Shown: one piece after another, positions 1 to 13,020 of the stretch | Numbering within the stretch: the stretch's first letter is position 1 | Layout of the letters: every line of letters begins with the position of its first letter | Assembly: GCF_022045235.1 (NCBI RefSeq) | Contig: NW_027266275.1 | Coordinates: 73,966,001-74,030,000, forward strand | Length of the DNA: 64,000 nucleotides | Reading direction: 5' to 3' | DNA from: Haliotis cracherodii | Taxonomy: Eukaryota | Notes under the pieces: model-generated | The model's database searches: none | What the model was told of the DNA's origin: nothing | Seen by the model: the letters and a program-made list of their open reading frames with translations, nothing else | Made by a program: the position numbers and the translations under genes

Positions 1-424
1 CGGACTAATGCATGCATTTGGGGGCGCTTTACATATTGTTTTGCATAACTATATAGATATGCTACGACAACTGCGACAGTGAGTTGCATGACAATATATA
101 TTTATGCATCAAAGTGACCGTGTCGCTAGCTCTCCGTTGGGCTTCGATGACAGCACGTGGAGCCGTACAACCAATGTAAACATAGGATAACTACGCAAAA
201 ACAAGTAGATTTTTGCGTATTTGCATACTTTCTCAATGAAAGTTAACCATTCTTTGACATTTGTTTATGAAAATGTGTAGAATTGTCAAACATGAAACGG
301 ATGAAAAGCATATGCAATATCTTGAATGGACTGTGAAAGATGTGACGAATTGTCACATGGCGCTGGCCTGTGGCAGATGTACTATGCTAGCTGGCTGTCG
401 GCCGCATGGAACTCTGGGTAGGAG

Positions 425-770
425 ACTGCCTTTTTACGTTAGTTCCACATTGACAAGACAAAATAACACCCGCGTGTATTTTTTCGCTTCCAACGGCGGT
501 CTCCTAGTTTTCAAGACTATTTTTAGTTGATTCCGTATATAATCATATCGAAATGTTTGATAAAGAATTTTCGTGTCCCTAAATATTTTTTGATACTTTT
601 GTTTATATTTTCTAAGATTTTTAAACGCGAAACTACTTTCGCAGATACAAGGGGTGGTGAACCTCCCCTGTGTGTTAGGTAGGGATAATTTACGTTTCAA
701 GCTTTTACATTTGTAATGAAATAATTTAATTTTCCGGTATACAACTACACAAAAAGTATATAATAAATAG
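425..770 (+). repeat. Dispersed AT-rich repeat, probably a non-autonomous DNA transposon fragment
   Basis: Blocks such as ttttacgttagttccacattgacaag and aaagaattttcgtgtc..taaatattttttgatacttttgtttatattt recur in reverse complement at ~38970-39440. Confidence 0.7.
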
Positions 771-1030
771 GATATTTCATATACCATGTTTCTCTCACCT
801 CTTGACCGGGGAAAAGGATACATTTAGTGCAATCAACACAAATTTCACTGACCCACTTTTACGAATATGGAAACGCCATAGAACAAAACATATGACGTAA
901 CTATTGAACGTGACGTCACTTTTCCCTATCCCTATGACGCCACCTAACAACGTGCGTGATAATGGCCCATCATCAAGCAATATGAGGGCATTATCAAGTT
1001 ACAGTGGCCCGCTCATTTCTGATAACATGC

Positions 1031-1295
1031 GACCCGTGAAGATCCGGGGTAGAATAGGTCTTCAGCAACCCATACTTGCCGTAAAAGGCGACTATGCTTG
1101 TCGTAAAAGGCGACTAACGGGATCGGGTGGTCAGTCTCGCTGACTTGGTTGATGCATGTCATCGATCCAAATTGCGTGGATCGATGCTCATGATGTCAAT
1201 CACTGCATTGTCTGGTCAAGACTCGATTATTTACAGACCGCTGTCATATAGCTGGAATATTGATGAGTGCGGCGTTAAAAAACAAGCAAAGCAAA
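1031..1295 (+). mobile_element. SINE-like family A, full-length copy without a tRNA head
   Basis: 13-bp target-site duplication (TSD) tctgataacatgc at 1018-1030 and 1296-1308; 3' tail gctggaatattg..gcggcgttaaa plus A-rich repeats; several homologous copies in the window. Confidence 0.9.
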
Positions 1296-1479
1296 TCTGA
1301 TAACATGCTGATAACATTAATGATAATTCTATTCATTTTAGCTATAATGTGTGACGACAACGATAGTGTGTCGTTATCATCTAACTAAATCCAGTGTATC
1401 ATCGTAATATCCACTCTGTATCATTATATCGTATCATGCCTGTATCACTGTGACTGACATACACACCGTATCATCCATG

Positions 1480-1972
1480 GTGTATCGGGATAACGTATCA
1501 GTCATTATCCTCACTATATCCTCGTATCATTTCTGTATCGCTGCGACATATACACCGTGCCATCCATGCTGTATCGTGAGTCGATCACCGTTCCATCCTT
1601 ATTGTATCAACAATGCATCATCGTATCATCCATGTTGGATCAATTATGCATCATCGTATCATCCATGCTGTATCAATTATGCATCAGCGTATCATCCATG
1701 TATACATTATCCATCACCGTATCATCCATGTTGTATCAATTATGCATCAGCGTATCATCCATTATCCATCACCGTATCATCCATGTTGTATCAATTATGC
1801 ATCACCGTATCATCCATGTATCGATCATGTATCGTCGTATCTTCCATGTTGTATCAATTATGCATCACCGTACCATCCATGTTGCATCGTGACTCCATCC
1901 TGACTCCATTTCTGCATCTCCGTATCGTGTACACTGCATTTTGAATGGTATCACCGTACTATCCACACCGTA
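1480..1972. repeat. Degenerate ~33-bp minisatellite abutting the GPCR1 stop codon
   Basis: Unit atcatccatgttgtatcaattatgcatcaccgt, clearest at ~1600-1885. Confidence 0.8.
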
Positions 1973-3028
1973 TCACGTATGTATCAGTCCATTGCCTGAC
2001 GCGGACCTGGCGGCTGTGTCCGAGCGTTCAGAGTAACGGAACCGTTCAGAACACAACATCCGACGATACGCACGGTAGAAGTCTTTGTTTTTCATACCAT
2101 ATATAAAAAAGTTCATTCCAGAATTAAACAAACATAACGCTACTATAAGATTCATGGCGGTCATTGAGATCCCGACTGTATTTCCGAGCACGATCCCAAC
2201 CATTGAGGGAAACCAACAGACAAAGAACACACCAAACACTAGAAAAAACATTTTGATCATTGGCCATTCCCTCTTAAAGGTGGACATCACGACCCGGGTG
2301 TCTGTCTCAATGCTCTGGCGAGTGACATCCAGCATTGCCTTCCGCTGATGGTGTGATATCTTGAAGATGTACCCATAACTAGCCCCCGCCACCAGACAAC
2401 AGACGCAGAATATAGTGACTTGGCCATGTATCTGGTACTCTGTGTGTAAGATATTAAACACATCGCATGGCTTCACACCGTCCCATCTGTTATAGTATAA
2501 GGGGAGAGTACCATAGAAGAGACACACTGCCCAGGTGGTCCCGATGACTATCCTAGCTCGGCGAGCTGTTGCAATGTATTCATACCTTAAGGGGTAGACG
2601 ATGTAGATGAGACGATCCACGGAGATCTGGACCATGGACACCATTGAACACCCTGCAGACACAATTAACACCACCGGGTGGCTGAGGCAGAGGTATTTGT
2701 TGTGATTATATAGGTCCTCCATCCCTGGAAACATTTTCACGGCATACAAAGGCAGGACTATGCCCACGATTAAGTCAGCGAAGGCGAGAGACACGACATA
2801 TATGTTGGGCACTGTGTGGAGCCGTGGTGTCCGCTTCACAGCTAAGATGGTGAGTACGTTACCGCCGATGATGACAACGGACAGCAACAGCTGCACGACA
2901 ATAACGACAGCGTCTACTACATTTAGTCCACGGTCTGACTCGACGACATGGCTAGTGTTGAATTCAATATACGTACTGTTGGGCGTGTACTCGGGGGTTG
3001 CAAGAAAAGCGGTAGTCGTTAACTCCAT
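1973..3028 (-). CDS. Intronless class A (rhodopsin-like) orphan GPCR, 351 aa (GPCR1)
   Basis: Seven hydrophobic segments; GN (TM1), LAFAD (TM2), DRL (DRY-like), CWFP (TM6), NSGMNFFIY (TM7); N-terminal N-glycosylation sequons NST and NTS. Confidence 0.93.
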   Translation of the reverse strand: MELTTTAFLATPEYTPNSTYIEFNTSHVVESDRGLNVVDAVVIVVQLLLSVVIIGGNVLTILAVKRTPRLHTVPNIYVVSLAFADLIVGIVLPLYAVKMFPGMEDLYNHNKYLCLSHPVVLIVSAGCSMVSMVQISVDRLIYIVYPLRYEYIATARRARIVIGTTWAVCLFYGTLPLYYNRWDGVKPCDVFNILHTEYQIHGQVTIFCVCCLVAGASYGYIFKISHHQRKAMLDVTRQSIETDTRVVMSTFKREWPMIKMFFLVFGVFFVCWFPSMVGIVLGNTVGISMTAMNLIVALCLFNSGMNFFIYGMKNKDFYRAYRRMLCSERFRYSERSDTAARSASGNGLIHT

Positions 3029-4346
3029 GGTGAAACGACGTCATGTACTCTACTGCAAAGTCGTTACTCACGCCGGCTTTCAAAACGGTAGTACATACTC
3101 CAGCAGTTGTGGAATTCACGGAAGCTGTCAGAGTTCCTAACATCAACCTCCGACTGAACTCCGCCCTGAGAATCCGCCTGCCCGCAATGATGAAGCGATT
3201 TCAAAATGGAATCATCCCATGTATTATCCGTGCTCTCGATGCCATCCCCGGACGGATGTATCGCTTAATCACCGTTTAATGTAACTGTTTTATTGTCAGT
3301 GACATCTTCTTTGTGTAATCTGGATATCGGCCCGTGTTTAGTTTCAATATGACAAATTCACAAACATGTTGACACAAATAATGACTCAACTCTCTCTAAG
3401 TGGCTATAACTCTATCAATAACACTTACAAGTTAGGCTTGCTATACTTCCTTCCCGGTGGGGCATACACAGACGGGGGCACATATAGGACGGTGACTGTC
3501 ACTCGTATCCTGCACAACGATGTAGTTCTACCCACGTGGAGTGAGTCAGTCCTCGGTCACACCCTCCTGTCTCATCTCCCTCCGTCCCTTTACAACCCTC
3601 GGAGCGCGTGAGGAAGCGAATGCGCGTGTCGAGGGAGTAATGTCATGTGATTGGGTCAGCTGTCTATACCGGCCACTCCAGCTGGAGAAACCGAGGTCAC
3701 AGACCTCCACGGCTAAACAGTAGCACAGCAGTAAATTGATAAAATACCATGTACCAAACTGTACCCAGACGCCAGCAAGCCATAAGTTATCCTCATCATG
3801 TTTTTCACACCAGAACCAAAGCAATGCTGGAAGTTTTCAGTTCATGCGCATATATGATCCAGGGCGATACGCTCGTCAGTGAGCGAGAAACATCGCCAAA
3901 CATCGCCAAATCTGTGAATGACCGAGCGAAAGCATGAGATTTCCTTATCGACAAGCGTGTTCGGTAAATGACGAGTTAATACGACTGTTGGACTTAGTTT
4001 CATTGTGTTGTGAGGTCGGCGAGTGCAGAGGACACGTCCATGGGTATGTGCATTCCACAGCAGATACCCACACCCTCATGTTGTATTTGTTAGAGATCAG
4101 TTAAATAGGTCAGACATACTTCGGTGTATATTAACGTGAATCCGAGACGCCCCAGTAAGCGCGGATCATCAGGCGGAAATATGAATTCTCTGGATTATTA
4201 ATATCCAGATACAATTCAACGCGTTAGTAGAGCCTGAGAGAATGGCACATGCATGAGTGGATATATACACAGGCACATTATTATACGTGCAGGTTGGATA
4301 TAGAGTTGAAAAAGCCATGTGATGCCTGCGTGTCGATCGTATGTGT

Positions 4347-6472
4347 CCAGTAACTGTCTGTGTATCCATAATGTATTCAGTAACACCCAGTAATGCCCGT
4401 GTATCAATAATGTATTCAGTAACACCCAATAATGCCCGTGTATCAATAATGTATTCAGTAACACCCAGTAATGCCCGTGTATCAATAATGTATTCAGTAA
4501 CACCCAATAATGCCCGTGTATCAATAATGTATTCAGTAACACCCAGTAATGCCCGTGTATCAATAATGGGCCCAGTAACCCCCAGTAATGCCTGTGTATC
4601 CATAATGTATTCAGTAACACCCAGTAATGCCTGTGTATCCATAATGTATTCAGTAACACCCAGTAATGCCCGTGTATCCATAATGTATTCAGTAACACCC
4701 AGTAATGCCCGTGTATCAATAATGGACCCAGTAACACCCAGTAATGCCTGTGTATCCATAATGTATTCAGTAACACCCAGTAATGCCCGTGTATCAATAA
4801 TGTATTCAGTAACACCCAGTAATGCCCGTGTATCCATAATATATTCAGTAACACCCAGTAATGCCCGTGTATCAATAATGGACCCAGTAACACCCAATAA
4901 TGCCCGTGTATCCATAATGTATTCAGTAACACCCAGTAATACCCGTGTATCCATAATGTATTCACTAACACCCAGTAATGCCCGTGTATCAATAATGGGC
5001 CCAGTAACACCCAGTAATGCCCGTGGAACCATAATGTATTCAGTAACACCCAGTAATGCCCGTGTATCAATAATGGACCCAGTAACACCCAGTAATGCCC
5101 ATGTATCCATAATGTATTCAGTAACACCCAGTAATGCCCGTGTATCAATAATGGACCCAGTAACACCCAGTAATGCCCATGTATCCATAATGTATTCAGT
5201 AACACCCAGTAATGCCCGTGTATCAATAATGGGCCCAGTAACACCCAGTAATGCCTGTGTATCCATAATGTATTCAGTAACACCCAGTTATGCCCGTGTA
5301 TCAATAATGGACCCAGTAACACCCAGTAATGCCCATGTATCCATAATGTATTCAGTAACACCCAGTAATGCCCGTGTATCAATAATGGACCCAGTAACAC
5401 CCAGTAATGCCCATGTATCCATAATGTATTCAGTAACACCCAGTAATGCCCGTGTATCAATAATGGGCCCAGTAACACACAGTAATGCCTGTGTATCCAT
5501 AATGTATTCAGTAACACCTAGTAATGCCCGTGTATCCATAATGTATTCAGTAACACCCAGTAATGCCCGTGTATCAAAAACGGGCCCAGTAACACCCAGT
5601 AATGCCTGTGTATCCATAATGTATTCAGTAACACCCAGTAATGCCCGTGTATCCATAATGTATTCAGTAACACCCAGTAATGCCTGTGTATCCATAATGT
5701 ATTCAGTAACACCCAGTAATGCCCGTTTATCAATAATGGGCCCAGTAACACCCAGTAATGCCTGTGTATCGATAATGTATTCAGTAACACCCAGTAATGC
5801 CCGTGTATCCATAATGTATTCAGTAACACCCAGTAATGCCCGTGTATCCATAATGTATTCAGTAACACCCAGTAATGCCTGTGTAACCATAATGTATTCA
5901 GTAACACCCGGTAATGCCTGTGTAACCATAATGTATTCAGTAACACCCAGTAATGCCTGTGTATCCCTAATGTATTCAGTAACACCCAGTAATGGCTGTG
6001 TATTGATTATGGGCCCAGTAACACCCAGTAATGCCTGTGTATCCATATATACAGTAACACCCAGTAATGCCTGTGTATCGATAATGTATTCAGTAACATC
6101 CACTAATGCTAGGGTATCGATACTGGTCCCAGTAACACCTAGCAATGGCCGTGCATCAATAATGGGCCCAGTAACACCCAGCAATGCCTGTGTATCAATA
6201 ATAGTCCCAGTAATACCAGTAATGTCTGTGTATCTATAATTGGCCCAGTAACACCCAGTAATGCCCGTGCATCAATAATGGGCCCAGTAACATCCAGTAA
6301 TGCCTGTGTATCAATAATGGGCCCAGTAACACCCAGTAATGCCTGTGCATCAATAATTGGCCCAGTAACACCCAGTAATGCCTGTGCATCAATAATTGGC
6401 CCAGTAACACCCAGTAATGCCTGTGTATCCATAATGTATTCAGTAACACCCAGTAATGCCTGTGCATCAGTA
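4347..6472. repeat. 39-bp minisatellite
   Basis: Unit cagtaacacccagtaatgcccgtgtatcaataatgtatt; produces periodic 13-aa ORFs. Confidence 0.95.
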
Positions 6473-6495
6473 ATTTCCAAAAGCACCCCCCTTTC

Positions 6496-6600
6496 CCCGT
6501 GAAGAACTGGTCTTCAGCAACCCATTCTTATTGCAAGAGGCGCCTTACGGGATCAGGTGACCAGGCTCGTTGACTTGGGTGATGCACGTTATGTATCCCA
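6496..6600 (+). mobile_element. Family A SINE-like fragment
   Basis: cccgtgaag..ggtcttcagcaaccca..gggatcaggtg..gacttgg matches the copy at 1031. Confidence 0.7.
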
Positions 6601-6619
6601 TATGAGTAATACCTGTGCA

Positions 6620-6775
6620 GGGGCGGTCGGGTAGCCTAGTGATTAAAGCGTTCGCTCGTCACGCTGAAACCCGGGTTCGATTCCCGATATGGGTACAATG
6701 TGTTAAGTCCATTTCTGATGTACCCCGCCGTGATATTGCTGGAATATTGCTAAAAGCGGAATAAAATCAAACTTT
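6620..6775 (+). mobile_element. tRNA-derived SINE, family B
   Basis: ggggcggtcgggtagcctagtg (A box), ggttcgattcc (B box), tail gctggaatattgctaaaagcgg. Confidence 0.85.
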
Positions 6776-7204
6776 CAGTCTTGAAAGAACACTTTGTATT
6801 TTTTGTTATTACTGTAAGTAATGAAATGGTTATCAGTTTTCACTGTATATGTATCAATACATATGCCGCTATCCTCGTTATTTAATCATCGCGATATTTC
6901 GTGAATCTATTTCATGTTACGAGGACAAAAGCAGCGTTCAATAATGTACTCGCGACTTGACTAGTAGCAGCGATAGCTCAACTCCATTCAGCACAAGCAA
7001 TTTGAGGCGGCTCTGAAAGTCATGGTTGTTTGAAGCGGCAGTAAAATATATTTAATACTGATAGAACGAAATGTGCCGGTGGTTATTGGCAAATAGTTGT
7101 CACCCAGAGAGAAAACTCTCCACAAAATTTGGATCCATCACATCATGACTTGCCAATTAACAAAAGCTTATGGTAGGTTACAAGGTGACAAAGTTAGTGG
7201 TGCG

Positions 7205-7401
7205 GGTTGGTTGACCAGACAATTCAATGATTCACATCATGAGCATCGATCCACGCAATTAGGATACGATGACATGCATCAACCGAGTCAGCGAGCCTGA
7301 CCACCCGATCCCGTTAGTCGCCTCTTACGACAAGCATAGTCGCCTTTTACGGCAAGGATGGGTTTTCTGAAGACCTATTCTCTACCCCGAATCTTCACGG
7401 T
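7205..7401 (-). mobile_element. Family A SINE-like copy
   Basis: Reverse complement of the 5' part of the 1031 copy. Confidence 0.85.
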
Positions 7402-7470
7402 TACATTACTCGTCTGACCATACATCACCTTTTCATGTTTTTGTGAGTTTATGTGTTTGATTTAATCTAT

Positions 7471-8885
7471 ACAGACAGACAGACAGACAGACAGACAGAA
7501 GTTTATTCAATATTTTAGGCCATATGACCTATAGTACAGTAGTGTTTTTTTTGTGTATCAACATTGTACAGTCACGTGTAGGTAATAATAAGTTTACATA
7601 AAATATAAACGTCTAATTTCAAAAATCTTCTTCAGGAATATTGACAGAGATGATATTGTATTTGCATTGCAGGAGTTCAACAAATTTCTCATCAGTTGTT
7701 CATCTTTGTACATAGTTGAAATCATAGGGAGTTATCTATTTCTAAGAAACTGATAATATTTACAAATGAGAAGTACATGAAACTCATCCTCACCATAGCC
7801 CTCATTACAATAACGGCATAAACTACTTTCTTTATCTTGTACATTTTTCTTTCTGAGATTGTTAAAATTAAAATTATGTAATATTATACGTAATTTACAC
7901 AAAGATCTTCTTGTACATTTTTCTTTCTGAGATTGTTAAAATTAAAATTATGTAATAATATACGTAATTTACACAAAGATCTTCTCAAAGTTCTATCCTG
8001 AAGTACAGATACATATTTTTCAGGAACATGTAAAGATTTTATATTGATTTTATATATATAATGGCATAAAAACCTTGAGGATGATATTTGACAGTGCCAA
8101 TCTTGTGAAAATATATCAACTAATCTTTCCTTAAGCATGAAGATAAATAGTTTATCATTTCCAGCATCTTGAGATATCCATGCAAGAGAAAAACCAGACA
8201 TACAAAGAATATTTCTGATATCAGACACCAATAAACAATATTTACCCTTTTCATCCAAGGCTTTTAACATATTATAACAATGAAGAGGAAATCTATTTGA
8301 ATTCATACGAAGTAGCTTTATCCAATATTTAACTGCCCGTAGCTGGGATGAAACAAAAAGACTGGTACGACCAGTTTCTTCTAGAATGGCTTTGTTAGAG
8401 GCATATTTACCGACACCTAAAAAACGTTTAAAGTACATGGCATGAATTTTTTCTATGGAATCATTATAATGACATCCCCATATTTCTGAGCCATACAGCA
8501 GAATTGGTGCTATTTTTCTGTAAAAAATGTCCGAAACAACTCGGAAAGATATAAATTTGTTTTCTTTAAAAACTCTATAGACAGGAATCAAGGCTTTAGA
8601 TGCTTGCAGAGCCAACTGCTTACAAGCTGTTGACCATGCTAATGAAAATACAGTCAATCCTAAATATTTATAATATGAAACAATATTGACTGTCTTATTA
8701 CAATACGTCCATTTTTCAAATGTATTTAGAATACCACCTTTTCTGAAAACAATAACATTTGTCTTTTTCAAATTTACTTCAAGGCCCCATTTCTCACAAT
8801 ATAGCTGGAGTACATTTAACTGTTTCTGGAGGCCACTAACTGAAAATGATAATAAAGCAATATCATCAGCAAATAGTAATCTATA
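7471..8885 (-). mobile_element. 5'-truncated non-LTR retrotransposon (RT plus C-terminal zinc finger; RTEX/CR1-group-like, clade uncertain)
   Basis: LLFADD, YKYLG and LLYGSEIWG in ORF 7884-8948; downstream CRYC..EDEFHVLLIC; 3' AATAAA followed by a (TCTG)n tail; a 74-bp tandem duplication (7836/7910) breaks the frame. Confidence 0.85.
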
Positions 8886-9136
8886 CGTGACTTTTTGACT
8901 CCCTGAAACCCAAAGAAAACACCGTCCGCCCAGCTCTCGATGTCGCATAAATGTTGGTATTACTGTATACTGAAGACGTCATGTTCAGATCACAGAACTG
9001 TTGCCAATTGCCAAAATACAAACATTGGCCCTTTCCATTCTTACACAAATTATAAACGTAATTTTTTTTCTTTTTTTTTGGAATGTTTTTTATGGCAACA
9101 TTTGTATGTCTGCTGTCAGAATGTGTTAAAGTTTAT

Positions 9137-9288
9137 AGAGGTTATCACGCGAGTATGTTTGGGGATGGTAAATATCCTGCATTAGGAATAAACATTGTAT
9201 TTAGCGAGCCTTGGCGAGCTAAATACATAGTGTTTATTCCTAATACAGGATATTTACCATCCCCAAACACACAAGCGTGATAACCTCT
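9137..9288. repeat. Long imperfect inverted repeat (~69-bp arms, 12-nt loop)
   Basis: agaggttatcacgc...tgtatttagc / gagccttggcga / gctaaataca...gcgtgataacctct. Confidence 0.85.
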
Positions 9289-10382
9289 TTATCATATAAT
9301 GTCATTCTTTAATTCTGTGCTTCAAAATCGCTTTCCCTCACTCACAAACAATACCGAAACATTGCGAGTTTTCCTGTAATGCGCGCATTAATATTTATTA
9401 CGTCACAGGGTAAGTGATGTGTCAGTCGGACAGTGACAGTAGCCTATATAGTTCCAACTGAAATCTCTTTCATATACAGTGGCGAAGCAACATATGCGCA
9501 AAACAACAATAATAGTTTTCAATTGCCTTTCGCGGCAATCCATCGGTCCGTCTGCTAGAGTAACTGCCCTTTGTCAAAGGGAAGCTACTCTAATCCTTGT
9601 CTATGAGACGTCACGGCCACGGTCAGACGTTGTTGACAGTCGGTCTGTCCTGTCATAACGTTAAGAAGTATAGTCAGATGTACACACAGCGACAAAACGA
9701 AACAAGGTAACAATTCAAACATATTTTGGCCAAATCCAACTATTTTAATTTGTGGAGAAAGGTTCAAGCCGCAGAGGTCTACAAGCACAGATATGGCTAC
9801 TGATCCCGCTTGGCTAGGCCTCGTGCCCTCGTGCCGAAATTTATATCGCCAAAGTTGCCAAAACTTCACATACGTCACATTTAGATATGATTTTCAGTAT
9901 ATTAGGCTGTTCTTTTGATGATGACAGCATTTATCCCTGTAGTTTATCCAGATTCCCGATGGTTAATTCTGACTCGATCGCCGAATGACGAGGGCGACGC
10001 CATGTTTGTTTATAAACAGTGAAAGTAGTCCCTACTTGACCTTTGATATTTGCATCTCTATCCGCATATGACCCCAACGGATATCGTTTTTATCCGTTGG
10101 CTTTATCCTGCCGAGAAACCTACCCATTATATGATAAAGTAATTTATCGGTGAATAAAAAATGTTTATTAGCATGCATATGGTTATGGTTTTCATTGCTT
10201 TTCTGAAAAAGGACTCCACATGACATTGGCCCTTATGTCTCTAAAGTCTTCACATGTAAACACGTGTACACATTTAAATAAACATTGAAGTACGACATTT
10301 GGACATGATCGTAAACAGACAAATATATGATCTGAACACAACACAACTAGATGTCTTTAGCAGTAATTTGTTACCGCCCTGT

Positions 10383-11303
10383 CTAACGACGACTTTGACA
10401 GAGAATTTGTTTAAACGCCCTCCTGAAATCTGAATTTTTTAAAGCGTAGATGACAAAGTTCATGCCGCAGTTGGCGACTGCGAGTGGAATGAGGAAGTTC
10501 ATGACGTCTATGCTGATTCCGACGGTGTACCCGAGAGCTAACGCCACCATGCACGGCGTCCAACACATCATGAACGTCCCAAACACCAATATAAACATCT
10601 GTATAAGTGGCCATCCCTGACGAAGTCGTGACGTGTGGATGTCCGGTGTCCTGATCTGCTCCTGACGTACGATGTCGCGACGATGTCTGTAGGAGATGGA
10701 GCCGATGTAGCAATAGCAGCAGGCGATGATGGTGCAGCAGACAACGAAGCAGGGGACGAATAAGTACAGTTGGAGGTAAACTGTGAACACTTGGAACATG
10801 GTACAGTGAGACGCGCTCTCCCACGTGTTGTGATACAGAGAGACGGTCCCTCCCAGAATGGCCAAGCCCCACGCGGTACCCAGAGTGACGAGTGCCCGCC
10901 GTGGCGTTATCATCCGGTCATAATGTAGACAGAATTTAACGTAAATCAGCCGGTCAACTGCTAGCACTACCATGGTCAGCACAGAGGCGACAAGGGACGT
11001 CACAAGTAACATGTGTCGCGTCAGACACATAAATTTATAGCAGTCAAATATCTTCTGCATGTTTGGTAGGTATTTGACACACTGGTACAACGACATGACC
11101 CCAGCCAGAAGGTCTGCCACTGCTAGAGACACCACGTACATGTTAGGCACGGTGCGCAGAGAGGCGGTCCTCCACACGGCTACGATGGTCAGCGTGTTGC
11201 CGGCACAAATGACCACACACAGAACCAGGCTGACCGTGACGGTCACCACATCCACGACGGACATCATGTCAGCTGAAGTAGCACTGCAGTTACTATCGTT
11301 CAT
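10383..11303 (-). CDS. Intronless class A orphan GPCR, 306 aa (GPCR2), paralogue of GPCR1
   Basis: GNTLT, LAVAD, DRL, CWTP and NCGMNFVIY; shares TVPNxYVVSLAxADL and WPxIxMFxLVFG with GPCR1. Confidence 0.93.
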   Translation of the reverse strand: MNDSNCSATSADMMSVVDVVTVTVSLVLCVVICAGNTLTIVAVWRTASLRTVPNMYVVSLAVADLLAGVMSLYQCVKYLPNMQKIFDCYKFMCLTRHMLLVTSLVASVLTMVVLAVDRLIYVKFCLHYDRMITPRRALVTLGTAWGLAILGGTVSLYHNTWESASHCTMFQVFTVYLQLYLFVPCFVVCCTIIACCYCYIGSISYRHRRDIVRQEQIRTPDIHTSRLRQGWPLIQMFILVFGTFMMCWTPCMVALALGYTVGISIDVMNFLIPLAVANCGMNFVIYALKNSDFRRAFKQILCQSRR

Positions 11304-11479
11304 GTTGTCGTCGATGTCTGTTGCACTTTTATCCTCAGTAAAAGCTTGTGCTTTATGTCCCTGTGTTTATTTGCTTCACTACTATGTCTCTTGAAATGTT
11401 ATACACCGGAACGTGCTGGCTGACTGACGCTCTGCACCTGGACGTGACATCAGACTAACGCTATGCATCTAGCAACGCT

Positions 11480-13020
11480 TTACACAGAGATTTACAACGT
11501 GCCTAAGGCTCTACACATAGATTTACTACATGACTAAGGCTCTACACCTACATTTGCTACGTGCCTAAGGCTCTACACCTAGATTTACTGTGTGACTAAT
11601 GCACTACACCTAGATTTGCTATGTGACTAAGGCTCTACACCTAGATTTACTATGTGACCAAGGCTCGACACCTAGATTTACAACGTGACTAATGCTCTAC
11701 ATCTAGATTTGCTACGTGACTAATGCTCTACATCTAGATTAACAACGTGACTAAGGCTCGACACCTAGATTTACTATGTGACTAAGGCTCTACACCTAGA
11801 TATACTATGTGACTAAGACTCTACATCTAGATTTACAACGTGACTAAGGCTCTACACCTAGATTTACTATGTGACCAAGGCTCTACATCTAGATTTACAA
11901 CGTGACTAAGGCTCTACACCTAGATTTGCTACGTGACTAATGGTCTACATCTAGATTTACAACGTGACTAAGGCTCTACATCTAGATTTACAACGTGACT
12001 AAGACTCTACACCTAGATTTACTACATGACTAAGACTCTACACCTAGATTTACAACGTGACTAAGACTCTACACCTAGATTTACTACACGACTAAGGCTC
12101 TACACCTAGATTGACTAACTGACTAAGGCTCTACACCTAGATTTACAACATGACTAATGCTCTACACCTAGATTTGCTACGTGCCTAAGACTCTACACCT
12201 AGATTTACTATGTGACCAAGGCTCGACACCTAGATTTACTATGTGACTAAGGCTCTACACCTAGATTTACTACATGACTAAGGCTCTACATCTAGATTTA
12301 CAACGTGACTAAGACTCTACACCTAGATTTGCTACGTGACTAAGGCTCTACACCTAGATTTACTATGTGACTAAGGCTCTACATCTAGATTTACAACGTG
12401 ACTAAGGCTCTACATCTAGATTTACAACGTGACTAAGGCTCTACACCTAGATTTACAACGTGACTAAGACTCTACACCTAGATTTACTACATGACTAAGA
12501 CTCTACACCTAGATTTACAACGTGACTAAGACTCTACACCTAGATTTACTACACGACTAAGGCTCTACACCTAGATTTACTACATGACTAAGGCTCTACA
12601 CCTAGATTTGCTACGTGCCTAAGGCTCTACACCTAGATTTACTATGTGACTAAGGCTCTACACCTAGATTTGCTACGTGACTAAGGTTCTACACCTAGAG
12701 TTACTATGTGACTAATGTTCTACACCTAGATTTGCTACGTGACTAAGACTCTACACCTAGATTTACAACGTGACCAAGACTCTACACCTAGATTTACTAC
12801 ATGACTAAGGCTCTACACCTAGATTTACTATGTGACTAAGGCTCTACACGATTTACAACGTGACTAAGACTCTACACCTAGATTTGCTACGTGTCTAAGA
12901 CTCTACAACTAGATTTACAACGTGACTAAGACTCTACACCTAGATTTACTATGTGACTAAGGCTCTTCACGATTTACAACGTGACTAAGACTCTACACCT
13001 AGATTTACAACGTGACTAAC
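11480..13020. repeat. 31-bp minisatellite upstream of GPCR2
   Basis: Unit gactaaggctctacacctagatttacaacgt. Confidence 0.95.

Noticed and set aside
2760-3140. Plus-strand ORFs overlapping the GPCRs (also 11059-11394)
   Set aside because: Antisense shadows of the GPCR coding sequences.
4169-6502. Long ORFs of 365-632 aa
   Set aside because: Translations of a 39-bp repeat, open in several frames on both strands, with no unique domain.
6620-6692. tRNA-Asp-like gene (also at 16835 and 25278)
   Set aside because: Continues into a shared body and tail, has TSDs in two copies and an imperfect acceptor stem, so it is a SINE head.
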